A DNA stretch of 24,000 nucleotides from Thiogranum sp. (GCA_030148775.1 JASBST010000020.1:102674-126673), one strand, 5' to 3'; counted from the first letter of the stretch, positions 15,582-24,000 are shown. Numbers and translations are program-made. The notes: a model not told the origin generated them from the sequence alone.

Positions 15582-18441
15582 GATCTGGCGTATCGCGCGC
15601 AAGGAGTTCGGCGGTTTTTTCGCCTCGCCCGCGGCTTATCTCTTTCTGGGTGCCTTCCTCGCGGTGACACTGTTCGTGTTATTCTGGGTCGAGACCTTCT
15701 TTGCCCGCAATCTGGCCGATGTCCGGCCCTTGTTCCATTGGATGCCGGTGCTGCTGATCTTCCTGGTGGCGGCGCTCACCATGCGCGCCTGGTCGGAGGA
15801 GCGACGCTCGGGCACGCTGGAGACACTGCTGACCAGCCCGGTGCGGCCGCTGCATCTGGTGTTGGGCAAGTTTCTTGCCGGGCTGGCACTGATGGGACTG
15901 GCGCTGTTGTTGACGCTGCCCCTGCCGCTGAGCGTCTCGCAGCTCGGGCCGCTCGACTGGGGGCCGGTCGTCGGCGGTTACGTGGCGACGCTGTTTCTGG
16001 CGGCCGCCTATGTCGCCATCGGCCAGTACATGAGCGCCCGTACGGACAACCCGATAGTGGCATTGATTCTTACCGTGGTGGTGTGTGGCCTGTTTTATCT
16101 GTTGGGCTCGCCCACCATTACCACGTTGTTCGGGCAATCCATTGGGCATCTGCTGGCGCTGCTTGGCAGCGGATCGCGTTTCGAATCCATTACCCGCGGG
16201 GTACTCGATGCCCGCGATCTCTATTATTACCTGTCAATCGTCGGCGTGTTTCTGGCGCTGAACCTGTTTTCGCTGGAGCGTCTGCGCTGGGCTGGCAACC
16301 CCGGCAGCCCACGCCACCGCCAGTGGTCGTTGCTGGTGGCGTTGACCGTGGCGAACTTCCTGGTCGGCAATCTGTGGCTGGCGCCGATCGGTTGGGCAAG
16401 GGCCGACATCACCCGCGAGCATCTCTATTCGCTCTCGCCCGCCACCCGCCAGTACCTGGCCGAACTGCACGAGCCCCTGCTGATCCGCGGTTACTTTTCC
16501 GCCAAGACCCATCCGCTGCTGGCGCCGTTGGTGCCGCAGCTGAAGGATCTGCTGGAAGAATACGCGGTGGCCGGCAAGGGTCACGTGCGCGTGCAGTTCG
16601 TCGATCCGCAAGACGATCAGGCCGCGGCGCAGGCGGCGGCCGGCAAGTACGGTATCAAGCCTGTGCCTTTCCAGGTGGCGAGTAAATATCAGGCTTCCGT
16701 GGTGAGTTCGTATTTCGATATCCTGGTGGCTTACGGCGATCAGTACCAGGTGTTGAATTACCGCGATCTGATCGAAGTGAAGGCCCGCGGCGAAGGTGAT
16801 ATCGAAGTGGGATTAAAAAATCCCGAATACGCCATCACCCGCTCCATACGCAAAGTCCTGAACAGTTATCAGGCCGGCGGCAATCCCTTCGAAACCCTGT
16901 CCAAACCGGTGAAATTCACCGGCTACATTTCCCCGGACGCGCACTTGCCGCAGCAGTTGGTCGCGCTGCGCAAGGATCTCAACGCCGTTCTCGCCGACAT
17001 GAAAAAGCAGGCCGGCGGCAAGTTCAGCGCCGGCTTCCAGGACCCGGACGCCGTCGGTGGCGCGCTCGGCAAGACCCTGAAGCAGAAATACGGCTTCTCG
17101 CCGCAAGTGGCGAGCCTGCTGGACCCGCAACCGTTCTGGTTCTATATGCTGCTCGAGAGCGACGGGCGCACCGCCCAGGTTCCGTTGCCGGCCGATTTCA
17201 GTCAGGCCGCGCTCAAACGCTCCCTGGAGTCGGCCTTGCAGCGGCTCTCGCCCGGCTTTCTCAAGACGGTTGCCCTGGTCAAGCCGCCGGCGTTCGGCGC
17301 CAACGCCAAACGTTACACCCGGCTGAACGAGACGCTGTCGGCCAATATGCACCTCGAGGATACCGACCTTAAAAACGGCCGCGTGCCCGCCGACGCCGAT
17401 CTGCTGCTGGTATTGGCGCCCGACTCGCTCGACGACAAGCAGGTCTTCGCCATCGACCAGTTCCTGATGCAGGGCGGCAGTGTGGTGCTGGCGACCTCGC
17501 CATTCGACGTTGACATCAGCGACAGCCTGCAGGCGCGGATGCACACTTCGGGCCTGGAGAAGTGGCTCAAGTACCAGGGGCTGACCATCGGCAAGAGCAT
17601 GGTCCTCGATCCGCAGAACGCCGCGCTGCCGGTGCCGGTGCGGCGAAACCTCGGCGGCATCAGCTTGCGCGAGATACGTATGCTGCCCTATCCGCACTTT
17701 CCCGACATTCGCGGCGCGGGCCTGAACGACAACAGCCCCATCACCGCTTCCCTGGGGCAGATCACGCTGGACTGGGCCTCGCCGATCAGCGTGGACAAGA
17801 AAGCCAACGCGGCGCGCAAGGTCACGCCGCTGCTGCATTCCTCGGCGCGCAGCTGGGTGTCGGACGATCTCAATATCGTCCCCGATTACCGTGCCTGGCC
17901 GCAAAGCGGCTTCCAACCCGCCAAGTCGCGCGCCGCGCAACTGCTGGCGGTCGCCGTGGAAGGACGTTTCGACTCATTCTTCAAAGGCAAGGATTCGCCG
18001 CTGGCTCAGGCGCCGGCCGAGACGCCGGGAGCGACGAAAGCCGACGCCAAAGGGACGGGCACGAAGGCGCCCCCGCCGATCAGCGGGGTCATCGAGCGTT
18101 CCCCGGGGGCGGCGCGTATTGTGCTGGTGGCCGCCAACACGTTCGCTGACGACGCGGTGCTGAATCTCGCCTCCGAAGGGCTCGGTACGCTCTACACCCA
18201 GCCACTGGCGTTTCTGCAGAACGCCATCGACTGGTCGCTGGAGGATCGCGGCCTGCTGACGATACGCAGCCGCGCGCAATTCGCGCGCACTCTGGTGCCG
18301 ATGACGCGCTCCGAGCAGATTTTCTGGGAGTACCTCAACTACGCATTGGCGTTGCTCGGTCTGGTCGCTGTGTGGTTGGTGCGGCTATGGTTGCGCGGCA
18401 ACGCCCGCGTGCGCTATCGCTCGATACTGGCGGAGGTCTGA
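15574..18441 (+). CDS. Fusion protein: ABC-2 type permease (GldF-like) + GldG-like 'ABC transporter auxiliary' domain
   Basis: The ORF-track start at 15298 lies inside the ATPase gene. ATG 15574 has a perfect AAGGAGG 6 nt upstream and overlaps the ATPase stop (ATGGCTGA). The first ~250 aa form a six-helix ABC-2 permease (MAEIWRIARKEFGGFFASPAAYLFLGAFL...EERRSGTLETLLTSPV...). This is followed by a TM helix and a large GldG-like domain (ADITREHLYSLSPATRQYLAELHEPLLIRGYFS...), then a C-terminal TM anchor (YALALLGLVAVWLVRLWL). Confidence 0.85.
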   Translation: MAEIWRIARKEFGGFFASPAAYLFLGAFLAVTLFVLFWVETFFARNLADVRPLFHWMPVLLIFLVAALTMRAWSEERRSGTLETLLTSPVRPLHLVLGKFLAGLALMGLALLLTLPLPLSVSQLGPLDWGPVVGGYVATLFLAAAYVAIGQYMSARTDNPIVALILTVVVCGLFYLLGSPTITTLFGQSIGHLLALLGSGSRFESITRGVLDARDLYYYLSIVGVFLALNLFSLERLRWAGNPGSPRHRQWSLLVALTVANFLVGNLWLAPIGWARADITREHLYSLSPATRQYLAELHEPLLIRGYFSAKTHPLLAPLVPQLKDLLEEYAVAGKGHVRVQFVDPQDDQAAAQAAAGKYGIKPVPFQVASKYQASVVSSYFDILVAYGDQYQVLNYRDLIEVKARGEGDIEVGLKNPEYAITRSIRKVLNSYQAGGNPFETLSKPVKFTGYISPDAHLPQQLVALRKDLNAVLADMKKQAGGKFSAGFQDPDAVGGALGKTLKQKYGFSPQVASLLDPQPFWFYMLLESDGRTAQVPLPADFSQAALKRSLESALQRLSPGFLKTVALVKPPAFGANAKRYTRLNETLSANMHLEDTDLKNGRVPADADLLLVLAPDSLDDKQVFAIDQFLMQGGSVVLATSPFDVDISDSLQARMHTSGLEKWLKYQGLTIGKSMVLDPQNAALPVPVRRNLGGISLREIRMLPYPHFPDIRGAGLNDNSPITASLGQITLDWASPISVDKKANAARKVTPLLHSSARSWVSDDLNIVPDYRAWPQSGFQPAKSRAAQLLAVAVEGRFDSFFKGKDSPLAQAPAETPGATKADAKGTGTKAPPPISGVIERSPGAARIVLVAANTFADDAVLNLASEGLGTLYTQPLAFLQNAIDWSLEDRGLLTIRSRAQFARTLVPMTRSEQIFWEYLNYALALLGLVAVWLVRLWLRGNARVRYRSILAEV

Positions 18442-18444
18442 AGC

Positions 18445-19560
18445 ATGCAAAAAAAAATTGGACTGCTCACTGCATTGCTGGCGGCACAATTGATCCTGGC
18501 TTTGGGGCTGGGTCTGGGTCGACCGGCGGTCAATGCCGCGCAACCGAGCACGCCGTTACTCGCGCTGGGCGACCAGCCTGTCGATCGCCTGGAAATCCAG
18601 GGTCCCGACAAGCAGACATTGCTGCTGCAAAAAACGGCCGGCCGCTGGGTATTGCCAGACAGCGCGGGTTTTCCCGCCGACAAGTCGAAGGTCGAACGCC
18701 TGCTGGGCGAACTCAAGGCGCTGAAGCGGGGCCTGGCCGTGGCGACCACCGCCGGCGCGCAACAGCGCTTCAAAGTGAGCGACGACGATTTCGAACGCAA
18801 GCTGGTGCTGGCGCAGGGCGACAAGACGCTGGCAACGGTCTACTTTGGTACTTCGCCGGGCCTGCGCCAGGTGCATGCGCGCAGTGCCCGGGACAGCGCC
18901 GTTTACACCACCGGTTTCGGTCTTTATGAGGCGCCGCTGGGCGCGGATGCCTGGGAAGACAAGACGCTGCTGAGGGTCCCGGCCGACGATATCCGGCGTA
19001 TCGAGGTGGCCGTCCTGGCGCTGTCGCCGCTGCAACCCCCGCACGCGGCCGCGGCCAAGAAGACCGCGCAGGGCGCGGCCGGACCGCCACCCTGGAGCGC
19101 CACCGGACTCGACGACGGCGAAGTGGTCGATCAGGCGCACGCGGCGGATCTGGTGCAGCAGGTGTCGCAACTGACCTTCGCCTCGGTGCTCGGAACCCGG
19201 GCGGATCCGGCCTACGGACTGGAACAGCCCGCGCTGACGCTGGAGCTGACGCTCAAGGACGGCAAGCGCGAACAGATCCGTCTGGGTCGGCGCGAGAAGC
19301 AGAACGACTATGTCTTGCAGGTTTCGTCCCGTCCCGAGTATTTCCGCCTCACGTCCGCCGCCGGCGCCGCGCTGATCAAATCGGCGCAGCGCAATCAGCT
19401 GGTGACGAGCGCGAAGACGTCGGTTGCGGCCAAGACCCCGTCGGCCGACGCCAAGGCGGCAGCGACAAAACCGCCGGCGGCGAGCGCAAGCCCGCCGCCG
19501 GCCGTTTCGGCAGGTGCCGTTCGATCGGCGCCGCCGTCCGCCGCCGGGGGTGCCTCATGA
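18445..19560 (+). CDS. Membrane-anchored/secreted protein, DUF4340-like (the usual partner downstream of gldG-like genes), with Ala/Pro/Ser-rich C-terminal tail
   Basis: GGAGG 8 nt upstream of the ATG, which lies 3 nt after the preceding stop. N-terminal signal/anchor MQKKIGLLTALLAAQLILALGLGLG. The position and ~370-aa size fit DUF4340, but the family assignment is from context and recollection only. The last ~55 aa are low complexity (AAKTPSADAKAAATKPPAASASPPPAVSAG...). Confidence 0.6.
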   Translation: MQKKIGLLTALLAAQLILALGLGLGRPAVNAAQPSTPLLALGDQPVDRLEIQGPDKQTLLLQKTAGRWVLPDSAGFPADKSKVERLLGELKALKRGLAVATTAGAQQRFKVSDDDFERKLVLAQGDKTLATVYFGTSPGLRQVHARSARDSAVYTTGFGLYEAPLGADAWEDKTLLRVPADDIRRIEVAVLALSPLQPPHAAAAKKTAQGAAGPPPWSATGLDDGEVVDQAHAADLVQQVSQLTFASVLGTRADPAYGLEQPALTLELTLKDGKREQIRLGRREKQNDYVLQVSSRPEYFRLTSAAGAALIKSAQRNQLVTSAKTSVAAKTPSADAKAAATKPPAASASPPPAVSAGAVRSAPPSAAGGAS

Positions 19561-20561
19561 CCTCGCCGCTGACCACCCCCGTCGACGCGACGTCGGATCA
19601 GACTTACGCGGCCGTTCAGCGCCTGCGGGGTTATCTGGAGACTGAAATTATCGGTCAGCAGGGCCTGATCGGGCGACTGTTGATGGCCTTGCTCGGCGGC
19701 GGCCACGTCCTGGTCGAAGGTGCCCCCGGCTTGGCGAAGACGCGTGCGGTGAAAACGCTGGCCAACGGCATGGAGGCGGATTTTCATCGCATCCAGTTCA
19801 CGCCGGACCTGGTGCCGGCCGATCTCACCGGCAGCGATGTATTTCGCCCCGAAGACGGTAGTTTCCATTTTCAGCGCGGGCCGATTTTCCATAATCTGTT
19901 ACTCGCCGATGAAATCAACCGCGCCCCGGCCAAGGTGCAGTCGGCGCTGCTGGAAGCAATGGGCGAAGGCCAGGTCACCGTCGGCGCCCACAGCTACCCG
20001 CTGCCGCCGTTGTTTCTGGTCATGGCGACGCAAAACCCCATCGAGCAGGAAGGCACTTATCCGTTGCCCGAAGCGCAACTCGATCGCTTCATGTTCCACG
20101 TGCAGGTCGACTACCCATCGCGACAGGCCGGGCGCGAGATACTACGCCTGGTCCGCCGGGAGGCGCTGGCCGAAGCGTCGGCGCTCACCGAGGTGGAGCC
20201 TTTGTCCCAACAGGCGGTGTTCGCCGCACGCCGACAGGTGTTGCGCCTGCATCTGTCCGAATCGGTGGAGGAGTATCTGATCGAGCTGGTCGAGGCCAGC
20301 CGCGCGCCGGCGGCCTACTCGCGCGAACTTGCCGACTGGGTGCGCTGGGGCGCAAGCCCGCGCGGCGCCATCTATCTGGAACTCGCCGCGCGCGCCCATG
20401 CCTGGCTTTCGGCGCGGGATTTCGTCACCCCGGAAGACGTGCAGGCGGTGGCGGCCGACGTATTGCGCCATCGCGTGCTGCTCAACTACGAAGCGCAAGC
20501 CGAGGGGGTGAGTGCGCAACGTTTCGTCACGGAGTTGTTGTCCCGTGTCCCGGCACCTTGA
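19557..20561 (+). CDS. MoxR-family AAA+ ATPase
   Basis: ATGA overlap with the upstream stop. Walker A GAPGLAKT, Walker B LLLADEINRAPAKVQSALLEAM, sensor 1 VMATQNPIEQEGTYPLPEAQLDRF. C-terminal lid GASPRGAIYL...ARDFVTPEDV. Confidence 0.92.
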   Translation: MTSPLTTPVDATSDQTYAAVQRLRGYLETEIIGQQGLIGRLLMALLGGGHVLVEGAPGLAKTRAVKTLANGMEADFHRIQFTPDLVPADLTGSDVFRPEDGSFHFQRGPIFHNLLLADEINRAPAKVQSALLEAMGEGQVTVGAHSYPLPPLFLVMATQNPIEQEGTYPLPEAQLDRFMFHVQVDYPSRQAGREILRLVRREALAEASALTEVEPLSQQAVFAARRQVLRLHLSESVEEYLIELVEASRAPAAYSRELADWVRWGASPRGAIYLELAARAHAWLSARDFVTPEDVQAVAADVLRHRVLLNYEAQAEGVSAQRFVTELLSRVPAP

Positions 20562-21468
20562 AACCGCCGACGTGTTCCCGTCGCTGGCGGAGCTGGTGGC
20601 GCTGCGCCGCGCGGCGCACGGCATCGAACTGGATGCGCATCGCCTGGCGCTGGCCGCCAGTTCCGGCGCCTACCGCTCGGTCTTTCGCGGTCGCGGGCTG
20701 GAGTTCGACGAAGTGCGGATCTACCAGCCGGGCGACGAGGTGCGCGATATCGACTGGCGGGTGACGGCGCGTCGAGGCCGGGTGCATACCAAGCTCTATC
20801 GCGAAGAGCGCGAACGCCCGGTGTTGCTGCTGGTCGATCTGCATCCCGGCATGCTGTTTGGCAGCCGTCGGCTGAAATCGGCGCAAGCCCTGCATGCCGC
20901 GGCGCTGTTTGCCTGGGCGGCGGAACGCGCGGGCGACCGTGTCGGCGGCGTGGTGGTGTCGTCCGCCGGCCATAGCGCCCGCCGGGCCGGCCTGCGCCAG
21001 GAGGCCGTGCTGGGGCTGCTGCAGACGCTGGTGGAGTTGCAGCCGCGCCGCATCCAGGCGCCGCGCGACGATTTGCTGAACGCCGGTTTGCACCGCTTGG
21101 TCCATAGTGCACACCCCGGCAGTCTGATTCCTGTACTGAGCGACTTTCATGGTCTTGACGGCGACGGCGAGCGCCATCTGCAGCGGCTGGCATTGCACAA
21201 CGATCTGCTGCTGGTATGGCTATTCGATCCGCTCGAAGCCGAGCCGCCGCCGCCGGGACGTTATCGGCTCGGCGTCGCCGGGCGCACGCTGGATCTGGAC
21301 AGCAGCGCGGTCGCCCAGCGCTGGCGCGAACGTTTTCAGCAACAGCGGGTGCGGCTGGAGCGTATCGCCCGCCGTCTGCGCTGTCCTTTGATGCCGCTGG
21401 CCAGCGATGCGCCGGCGGCGCAGGTGCTTGGACGCGGCCTGATCCGGCGCCGCCCGCTGGCGGCATGA
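20545..21468 (+). CDS. DUF58 domain protein (MoxR-associated, VWA-fold-like)
   Basis: Diagnostic block GAYRSVFRGRGLEFDEVRIYQPGDEVRDIDWRVTARRGRVHTKLYREERERPVLLLVD. The start is uncertain. GTG 20545 (GGAG 10 nt upstream, 17-nt overlap with moxR) is preferred. GTG 20512 and GTG 20572 are in-frame alternatives. Confidence 0.85.
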   Translation: MSRHLETADVFPSLAELVALRRAAHGIELDAHRLALAASSGAYRSVFRGRGLEFDEVRIYQPGDEVRDIDWRVTARRGRVHTKLYREERERPVLLLVDLHPGMLFGSRRLKSAQALHAAALFAWAAERAGDRVGGVVVSSAGHSARRAGLRQEAVLGLLQTLVELQPRRIQAPRDDLLNAGLHRLVHSAHPGSLIPVLSDFHGLDGDGERHLQRLALHNDLLLVWLFDPLEAEPPPPGRYRLGVAGRTLDLDSSAVAQRWRERFQQQRVRLERIARRLRCPLMPLASDAPAAQVLGRGLIRRRPLAA

Positions 21469-21932
21469 AGGGCTCGCCCGACCCGCTGGCAGCCCTGCGC
21501 CCGCTGCACACCCCGGCGCCGGTGTACTGGTGGCCGCCGGCGCCGGGGTGGTGGCTGTTGATGCTGCTTGGCGTCTCGCTGCTGGCGCTGTTCTGGTGGC
21601 TGCGGCGACGCCGCGCATTACGTCGCGCGGCCCTGTTGGAATTGCGCCGGTTACAGAACAACGCGCGCGACGACAGCGAATTCGCCGCCGGCGTCAACCA
21701 ACTGCTGCGCCGCTTCGCCCTGGCGTGTTACCCGCGCCGCCAGGTGGCCGCGCTGAGTGGCGAGGCCTGGCTGGCGTTTCTCGAAAGTCACTCCTCCGGC
21801 GGCGGTTTTGCCGCCGGACCCGGACGGGCGCTGCTGCGGGCGCCGTACGCGCCGCGCAGTGAACTGGATCGCGACGCCTTGGCCGTGCTGGCGCGGGGCT
21901 GGATCCGGCGCCAGCGGGTGGGCGCAGGATGA
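21465..21932 (+). CDS. Small single-pass membrane protein, DUF4381-like (typical third gene of MoxR/Bat operons)
   Basis: The ORF-track start at 21216 lies inside the DUF58 gene. ATG 21465 forms an ATGA overlap with the DUF58 stop. Characteristic N-terminus HTPAPVYWWPPAPGWWLLMLLGVSLLALFWWLRRRR, followed by a soluble ~100-aa region. The family name is from recollection. Confidence 0.65.
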   Translation: MKGSPDPLAALRPLHTPAPVYWWPPAPGWWLLMLLGVSLLALFWWLRRRRALRRAALLELRRLQNNARDDSEFAAGVNQLLRRFALACYPRRQVAALSGEAWLAFLESHSSGGGFAAGPGRALLRAPYAPRSELDRDALAVLARGWIRRQRVGAG

Positions 21933-22924
21933 TCGAGCTGGCTTGGCCCTGGCTGTGGCTGCTGCTGCCGTTGCCCTGGCTGGTGCGGCGCAGTTTTCCG
22001 GCCGCGCCGGCGCGTGTCGGCGGGGCATTGTATGCGCCCTTCGCGCTGGCGTTCGCCGAGGGTGGCGCCGGCCGGTTGCCCGCGAAAACGCCGCGTCGCC
22101 TGCGTCTGGGGGCGATGGCGGTCTGGATTTGTTTGCTGGCGGCGGCCTGCCGGCCTCAGTGGCTGGGCGAGCCGATCAACCTGCCGCAGACCGGGCGCAA
22201 TCTGATACTGGCCATCGATGTCTCCGGCAGTATGCAAACCCCGGATCTGGATCTTGACGGCGGGCAGGCGAGCCGCCTCGAGGTGGTCAAACAGATGGCG
22301 GGTGATTTTATCCAGCGCCGTCGCGGTGACCGCGTCGGCCTGATCCTGTTCGGCACGCGTCCTTATCTGCAATCGCCGCTGACGTTCGACCACCAGACGG
22401 TGCGCCGGTTTCTCGATGAGGCGGTGATCGGCGTGGCGGGTCGCAAGACGGCGATCGGCGATGCCATCGGACTGGCGCTGAAACGGCTGCGACAGGCGCC
22501 CGGCAAAGAGGCGGTATTGGTGCTGTTGACCGACGGCAGCAACACCGCCGGTAACCTGCGGCCGCGCCAGGCCGCCCGGCTGGCCGCGCAAAGCGGTCTG
22601 CGCATTTACACCATCGGCGTCGGCGGCGCGCAGATGCGGGTGCAGGGTTTGCTGGGGACCCAGGTGGTCAACCCGGCGGCCGATCTGGACGAAAGCACGC
22701 TCAAGGCGGTGGCCAGCATCACCGGCGGAGCGTATTTCCGCGCCCGCAACCGCCAGGATCTGGAAAAGATTTATCAGCGGCTCGACCGGCTCGAGCCGGT
22801 CGCCGGAAAAGGCGCGGTCGTGCGCCCGGTGACCGCGCTCTATCCTTGGCCGCTGGGAGTGGCTTTGGTGTTGAGCCTATTGCTGGGCGTGCGGGCGCTG
22901 CTGCGCAGGGAGGCGCGACCATGA
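21929..22924 (+). CDS. BatA-like membrane-anchored von Willebrand factor A (VWA) protein
   Basis: ATGA overlap with the upstream stop. BatA-type N-terminus MIELAWPWLWLLLPLPWLV, then a second TM. VWA domain with MIDAS motif ILAIDVSGSM, TAIGDAI and LLTDGSNTAG. C-terminal TM ALYPWPLGVALVLSLLLGV. Confidence 0.85.
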   Translation: MIELAWPWLWLLLPLPWLVRRSFPAAPARVGGALYAPFALAFAEGGAGRLPAKTPRRLRLGAMAVWICLLAAACRPQWLGEPINLPQTGRNLILAIDVSGSMQTPDLDLDGGQASRLEVVKQMAGDFIQRRRGDRVGLILFGTRPYLQSPLTFDHQTVRRFLDEAVIGVAGRKTAIGDAIGLALKRLRQAPGKEAVLVLLTDGSNTAGNLRPRQAARLAAQSGLRIYTIGVGGAQMRVQGLLGTQVVNPAADLDESTLKAVASITGGAYFRARNRQDLEKIYQRLDRLEPVAGKGAVVRPVTALYPWPLGVALVLSLLLGVRALLRREARP

Positions 22925-24000
22925 GCGCTTTTCATTTTCTGCGTCCCGCCTGGTTGCTCGCCGCTTTGCCGCCGCTGCTGTTGCTGTGGTTGTTATGGCG
23001 GCGACAGGTGCACGGCAATCCCTGGCGGATGTTGGTCTCGCCCGCCCTGTTGCCGCATTTACTGCTAAACGCCGGCCGCGGCGCACGCCTGCCGTGGGTT
23101 TTGTTGGGCCTGGGCTGGTTGCTTGCCGTCGCCGCGCTGGCCGGTCCGACCTGGGAGCGTCAGCCGCAGACCTTGTACCGCGCCTCCTTCGACCGCGTAC
23201 TGGTGCTGGATGTGTCGCCGTCCATGGCGGCGGCGGACGTCTCGCCGACGCGCCTGGCGCGGGCGCGTCTGGCCATCCGCCGTTTGTTGTCGGAGGGCCG
23301 GGAAGGACGCAACGCGTTGGTGGTGTTTGCCGGCGAACCTCATATAGTGGTGCCGCTGACCGAAGATGTCGCCACTATCGAGGCGCTGCTGCCGGCGCTG
23401 TCCCCCGGCATCATGCCCACCGGCGGCGATCGGGCCGCACCCGCGCTGCGTCGGGCCGGTGAATTACTGCGGCGAGGTGGCGGCGGTGCGAGTGCACAAG
23501 TGTTGTTGATCAGCGATGGTGTCGCCGATCCGGCCGACAGTCTCAACGCGGTGCGGGCGTTGCGTGCCAGCGGCGTGACGGTCTCTGTTCTGGGCGTCGG
23601 TACCGCGCAGGGCGCACCGGTGCCGCGGACCGAGGGCGGCTTCGCGGCCGATGCGCAGGGCGCGGTGTCGCTGGCGCGCTTCGAACCATCCGGTCTGAAG
23701 GCGCTGGCCAGCGCCGGCGGCGGACACTATCTGCATCTGGGGGAGGGGAAGCTGGCGCAGTTGTTCACCCCTGGGGTGGATCGCAATCCCGAACATGCCA
23801 AGGCCAGTCGGGGCGGGCCGGCGCGTTGGATGGAAGAAGGCCCCTGGTTGCTGTTGCCGTTGCTGTTGCTTGCGGCCGCGGGGTTCCGGCGCGGCTGGCT
23901 GGGCCTGTGGCTGCTGGTGCTGTTGGCGCCGCCGCAACCGGCACAGGCGTTCTCCTGGAAGGATTTGTGGTTGCGCCCGGACCAGCAGGCCAGCCAGTTG
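22921..24000 (+). CDS. BatB-like VWA protein continuing into a probable TPR (BatC-like) region; 3' end beyond right edge
   Basis: Absent from the ORF track because there is no stop in the window. My own translation from ATG 22921 (ATGA overlap with the batA-like stop) is open for 360 codons to position 24000. It reads MSAFHFLRPAWLLAALPPLLLLWLLWRR..., with MIDAS VLVLDVSPSM, LLISDGVA and SVLGVGT. A TM (WLLLPLLLLAAAGF) follows, then AQAFSWKDLWLRPDQQASQL, which resembles the start of the TPR part of BatB/BatC fusions. Confidence 0.8.
   Translation, partial: MSAFHFLRPAWLLAALPPLLLLWLLWRRQVHGNPWRMLVSPALLPHLLLNAGRGARLPWVLLGLGWLLAVAALAGPTWERQPQTLYRASFDRVLVLDVSPSMAAADVSPTRLARARLAIRRLLSEGREGRNALVVFAGEPHIVVPLTEDVATIEALLPALSPGIMPTGGDRAAPALRRAGELLRRGGGGASAQVLLISDGVADPADSLNAVRALRASGVTVSVLGVGTAQGAPVPRTEGGFAADAQGAVSLARFEPSGLKALASAGGGHYLHLGEGKLAQLFTPGVDRNPEHAKASRGGPARWMEEGPWLLLPLLLLAAAGFRRGWLGLWLLVLLAPPQPAQAFSWKDLWLRPDQQASQL

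Noticed and set aside
1-24000. Looked for CRISPR repeats, IS/transposase or integrase genes, tRNA/rRNA genes, long direct or inverted repeats, and toxin-antitoxin-sized gene pairs.
   Set aside because: No periodic repeat-spacer pattern and no transposase, integrase or phage-like ORFs. The intergenic regions are short and lack tRNA-like cloverleaf sequences, and there is no repeated intergenic (REP-like) element that I could spot by eye. Composition is uniform apart from short AT-rich promoter islands, so the window looks like core chromosome rather than a mobile island.

Overview
This is a GC-rich, densely coding chromosomal segment that looks proteobacterial, probably gammaproteobacterial. 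Third codon positions are dominated by G/C. I can support 19 protein-coding genes. I see no rRNA or tRNA genes, CRISPR arrays, transposases, integrases or prophage content.

Gene order, left to right:
- rhlE DEAD-box helicase (minus strand, 3' end off-window).
- A 4HB/HAMP methyl-accepting chemotaxis protein (+).
- A divergent pair: a RimK-family ATP-grasp ligase carrying an extra N-terminal domain (-), and a GNAT acetyltransferase fused to a C39/papain-type cysteine peptidase (+).
- A DsrC/TusE-family protein lacking the penultimate cysteine (+).
- An EncFtn-type mini-ferritin with no shell gene (-), lying downstream of mprF (-).
- zwf overlapping a GH15 glucoamylase-type hydrolase, followed by a retropepsin-like (DTGA) protease of the family usually linked to rimK (+).
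- An eight-gene, translationally coupled operon of at least 9.3 kb that runs off the right edge (+). It joins a GldA/GldF-GldG-type ABC system plus a DUF4340-like protein to a MoxR-DUF58-DUF4381-BatA-BatB(TPR) module.

The two best candidates for uncharacterised biology are the ligase/GNAT-peptidase pair, with its detached protease, and the fused ABC + MoxR/VWA super-operon.

All family calls come from motif recognition by eye. No searches were run, and several start codons were re-assigned relative to the ORF track. Many long ORFs in the track are antisense or off-frame artefacts of the high GC content.
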